Virus record (IMG/VR): IMGVR_UViG_3300035670_000169
Coordinates: 5,304 to 69,303 of that record
DNA: 64,000 nucleotides
Reading direction: 5' to 3' (one strand)
From: a virus
Shown: positions 61,793-64,000 of the stretch, in pieces
Layout of the letters: the number at the start of each line of letters is the position of its first letter
Position numbering within the stretch: position 1 is the first letter of the stretch
Made by a program: the position numbers and the translations under genes
The notes under the pieces: generated by a model
What the model was told of the DNA's origin: nothing
The model's input: the letters and a program-made list of their open reading frames with translations, nothing else
The model's database searches: none

Positions 61793-61821
61793 CGTCATCA
61801 TTCAAACAAACCCACACAACA

Positions 61822-62013
61822 ATGCCCAAGACGCGCATCATTAGCAATGGTCGATTCGAACTGCACATCGACTATTCCATCGTTGTAGAACAATGGTATG
61901 TTAGTATCTACAGCCTTAAGCGAGGCGGAGGAATCATAGGTGCTCCATTCTTTGGTAGTGAAGAGCAAGTGATGACCTATGTTGATAATATCTTATCAAT
62001 CCCTAGCAAATAA
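61822..62013 (+). CDS. hypothetical early protein
   Basis: ATG after the A/C-rich leader caaacaaacccacacaaca. Confidence 0.55.
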   Translation: MPKTRIISNGRFELHIDYSIVVEQWYVSIYSLKRGGGIIGAPFFGSEEQVMTYVDNILSIPSK

Positions 62014-62020
62014 TAACAAG

Positions 62021-62656
62021 ATGCCACAATTACTATCACAAAATTCCAAGCTAGCAAAGACTAGCAAGGCAATCGGCGCAAAGGTCATGAACTTCGGCAT
62101 CCCTGCGTATAGGGATATCAACAACAAGGTCACCTGCCCATTCGCTAATGTTAACGACAAATCATCACCTTGCTATTCGTGCTACGCTCGCAAAGGTGCG
62201 TATATATGGCCTGCGGCAAGGAACGCCTATCAATGGCGATATGAACAGACCAAACTAGACTCTTTTGTTGATGATATGGTCGTGGCAATTACTAAAAGTA
62301 AGGCAAAGTTCATCCGCGTCCACGATTCAGGTGATTACTATAGTATTGACTATATCAACAAATGGCTAGCAATTGCAAATGCACTACCAAACGTTAATTT
62401 CTACAGCTATACAAAAAGTGTAAAAATGTGGAAGGATGTAATCAGTTCGGGTAAATTGCCTAGCAATTACGATATCATCTTCAGTCAAGGTAGCGTTCAG
62501 GACAACCTAGTAGACGTAGCTGTAGACCGACATGCGAAGGTATTCCCTACATACGAGGATATGCACATCGCAGGATATGTGGATGCAATGGGCGAGGACG
62601 TGCAAGCCACAAAATGGTTCAACGCTAGCAACAAGGTAGGTCTTGTTTTCCACTGA
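62021..62656 (+). CDS. GP88-like (gene product 88, radical-SAM-related) protein
   Basis: NSKL, TCPFA...CYSCYARKG, RVHDSGDYYS, FYSYTK. Confidence 0.8.
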   Translation: MPQLLSQNSKLAKTSKAIGAKVMNFGIPAYRDINNKVTCPFANVNDKSSPCYSCYARKGAYIWPAARNAYQWRYEQTKLDSFVDDMVVAITKSKAKFIRVHDSGDYYSIDYINKWLAIANALPNVNFYSYTKSVKMWKDVISSGKLPSNYDIIFSQGSVQDNLVDVAVDRHAKVFPTYEDMHIAGYVDAMGEDVQATKWFNASNKVGLVFH

Positions 62657-62682
62657 TAATTCACCATCAAACAATATAAACA

Positions 62683-63003
62683 ATGTCTAGGTTTACTAGC
62701 TACGAGTTCGACCGAATCAAGGTCGCCGAATGTTACCTTCCTGCGCTCATCAACAATGACGCATCAGGTCTGTCTGATGACGAATACTTGACCTTGCTAC
62801 GTCTGTACGAAGACATCAATCACCAAATTGATATGCGACATCCTGACGAGAAAGTCAAGTTCGATATCAGACTGATGACGGAGGATCCATCGTTCGGTGT
62901 GTGTGATGCATCGCTCCTGTATGCGATGTGCCGCGAAGTATCTGTGTATGCGATGTGCCACGAGATATCTGTGGTCTTCAACGTGGAGACTCCGACCACG
63001 TGA
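62683..63003 (+). CDS. hypothetical early protein
   Basis: LPALINNDASGLSDDE motif; internal 27-bp duplication. Confidence 0.6.
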   Translation: MSRFTSYEFDRIKVAECYLPALINNDASGLSDDEYLTLLRLYEDINHQIDMRHPDEKVKFDIRLMTEDPSFGVCDASLLYAMCREVSVYAMCHEISVVFNVETPTT

Positions 63004-63087
63004 ACTATTAACATCCGTTAACAGACTAGCTATTGACTAGATAATAAATTCGCCCCATCTTTGTCTCAACAAACAAACCCACAGGTT

Positions 63088-63342
63088 ATGTCCCAAGCAC
63101 CCAAGTTCCCTCGCTACTGCTCCATCACGGGAGATGGTATGTATCACGGATACTGCATCGATGATGGTATGTACTACGCATCTACTCTAGATGCACTACT
63201 CAAGGTATTCAATCTGTACTATGGCATCCAGCTAGACATCAACGATGACGAGTTGATGGAACAGCTAGACCACCTATACGACGAAGGTCTGTACTACCAC
63301 AGCGAATGGACAGACGAAGACATCGACAACCACGAAGACTAA
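63088..63342 (+). CDS. hypothetical acidic early protein
   Basis: RYCSITGDGMYHGY...YYHSEW; A/C-rich leader. Confidence 0.6.
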   Translation: MSQAPKFPRYCSITGDGMYHGYCIDDGMYYASTLDALLKVFNLYYGIQLDINDDELMEQLDHLYDEGLYYHSEWTDEDIDNHED

Positions 63343-63362
63343 CAATTCAAAACAAACGAACA

Positions 63363-63569
63363 ATGCCACGAGAACTTCACCTAACCACGACAATCCTCGA
63401 ACGCATAGGATTCTCGCAGTTCGCAGTAGATGCCATCATCTACTTCACTCGGAAGAATGGAACTTGGATTGAGGAATACAAAGGAATCAAGGTGATGACA
63501 TCCATCACAGAGGACGAAGATATCACGCTTGAGTTTATGAATGCAGACGCACTAGAAGATTGGAAATAA
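63363..63569 (+). CDS. hypothetical early protein
   Basis: ATG after an A/C-rich leader. Confidence 0.5.
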   Translation: MPRELHLTTTILERIGFSQFAVDAIIYFTRKNGTWIEEYKGIKVMTSITEDEDITLEFMNADALEDWK

Positions 63570-63799
63570 TGACAACGAAAGATTATGTTGACTTCGTGCT
63601 CGACCAAATGGTTGTGGCTTGCGAACGCGTGGGAGACTTGGAGCGGCAAAAGTATTGGTTGAAGTGTGCAGGACTGCACGAAAACAGCGAGGATATCGCG
63701 AGGATACAAAGGAGTATCATCGACAACGAAAAGAAAATCCGCGAACACAGAAAAACAATACTGCGATTCGCACCACTCACTGAATACACTGAACAATGA
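63569..63799 (+). CDS. hypothetical coiled-coil protein
   Basis: TAATG coupling to the upstream gene. Confidence 0.5.
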   Translation: MTTKDYVDFVLDQMVVACERVGDLERQKYWLKCAGLHENSEDIARIQRSIIDNEKKIREHRKTILRFAPLTEYTEQ

Positions 63800-64000
63800 A
63801 AACTATCCAAATTGGTTCACAAGTGTGGACTACGAAGAACCTACGAGTGTTCAAGTTCAACAACGGAGACGATATCCCAATCGTTCAGGATATAGACGAG
63901 TGGGTTGTCCTTCGTGAAGCCGCTATGTGTATCAATCCCGATAGCGGAGAATGCTACTATAACTGGCATGCTGTCGCTGACAAACGAGGACTTGCTCCCG
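63796..64000 (+). CDS. FISUMP / Fib_succ_major domain protein, truncated by the window end
   Basis: Translated by hand: MKTIQIGSQVWTTKNLRVFKFNNGDDIP...W...AMC...YYNWHAVADKRGLAP. Confidence 0.8.
   Translation, partial: MKTIQIGSQVWTTKNLRVFKFNNGDDIPIVQDIDEWVVLREAAMCINPDSGECYYNWHAVADKRGLAP

Noticed and set aside
60577-61801. ORFs 60577-61116 (+), 61046-61234, 61541-61735 and 61601-61801
   Set aside because: They overlap better-supported - strand genes or translate the low-complexity RY tract, and have no protein-like features.

Overview
This window is 64 kb of a lytic-looking dsDNA tailed phage of Bacteroidota. It has a crAss-related, podovirus-like structural module and is probably an environmental Flavobacteria-type phage. 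The host call rests on many TAnnTTTG (-7 box) promoters and A/C-rich leaders without Shine-Dalgarno sequences. Layout: (1) 1-6.8 kb, + strand, replication and nucleotide genes (PD-(D/E)XK exonuclease, SSB, DUF3310, primase-helicase, endonuclease I, class II RNR). (2) 6.9-61 kb, - strand, a late region with large injected/polyvalent proteins, an M43 metalloprotease with a dockerin-like tail, holin, split tail stabilization protein, ring proteins, major capsid, collagen-like fibre, portal, terminase, ThyX, four canonical tRNAs plus two atypical tRNA-like genes, four glycosyltransferases, GroES, M15 endolysin, a methyltransferase and many small basic proteins. (3) A non-coding strand switch at about 61.0-61.8 kb, followed by + strand early genes (GP88-like, FISUMP domain). 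Best leads: a candidate virion O-glycosylation system (Thr-rich collagen fibre, GT cluster and methyltransferase), dockerin/EF-hand-like modules shared by a protease and the split tail protein, a terminal [YF]xxGG motif shared by putative capsid cargo proteins, unusual tRNAs (UAU, a miniature AAU tRNA, an expanded tRNA-like RNA), and probable leaderless transcripts. All product calls come from motif recognition by eye; no database searches were run.
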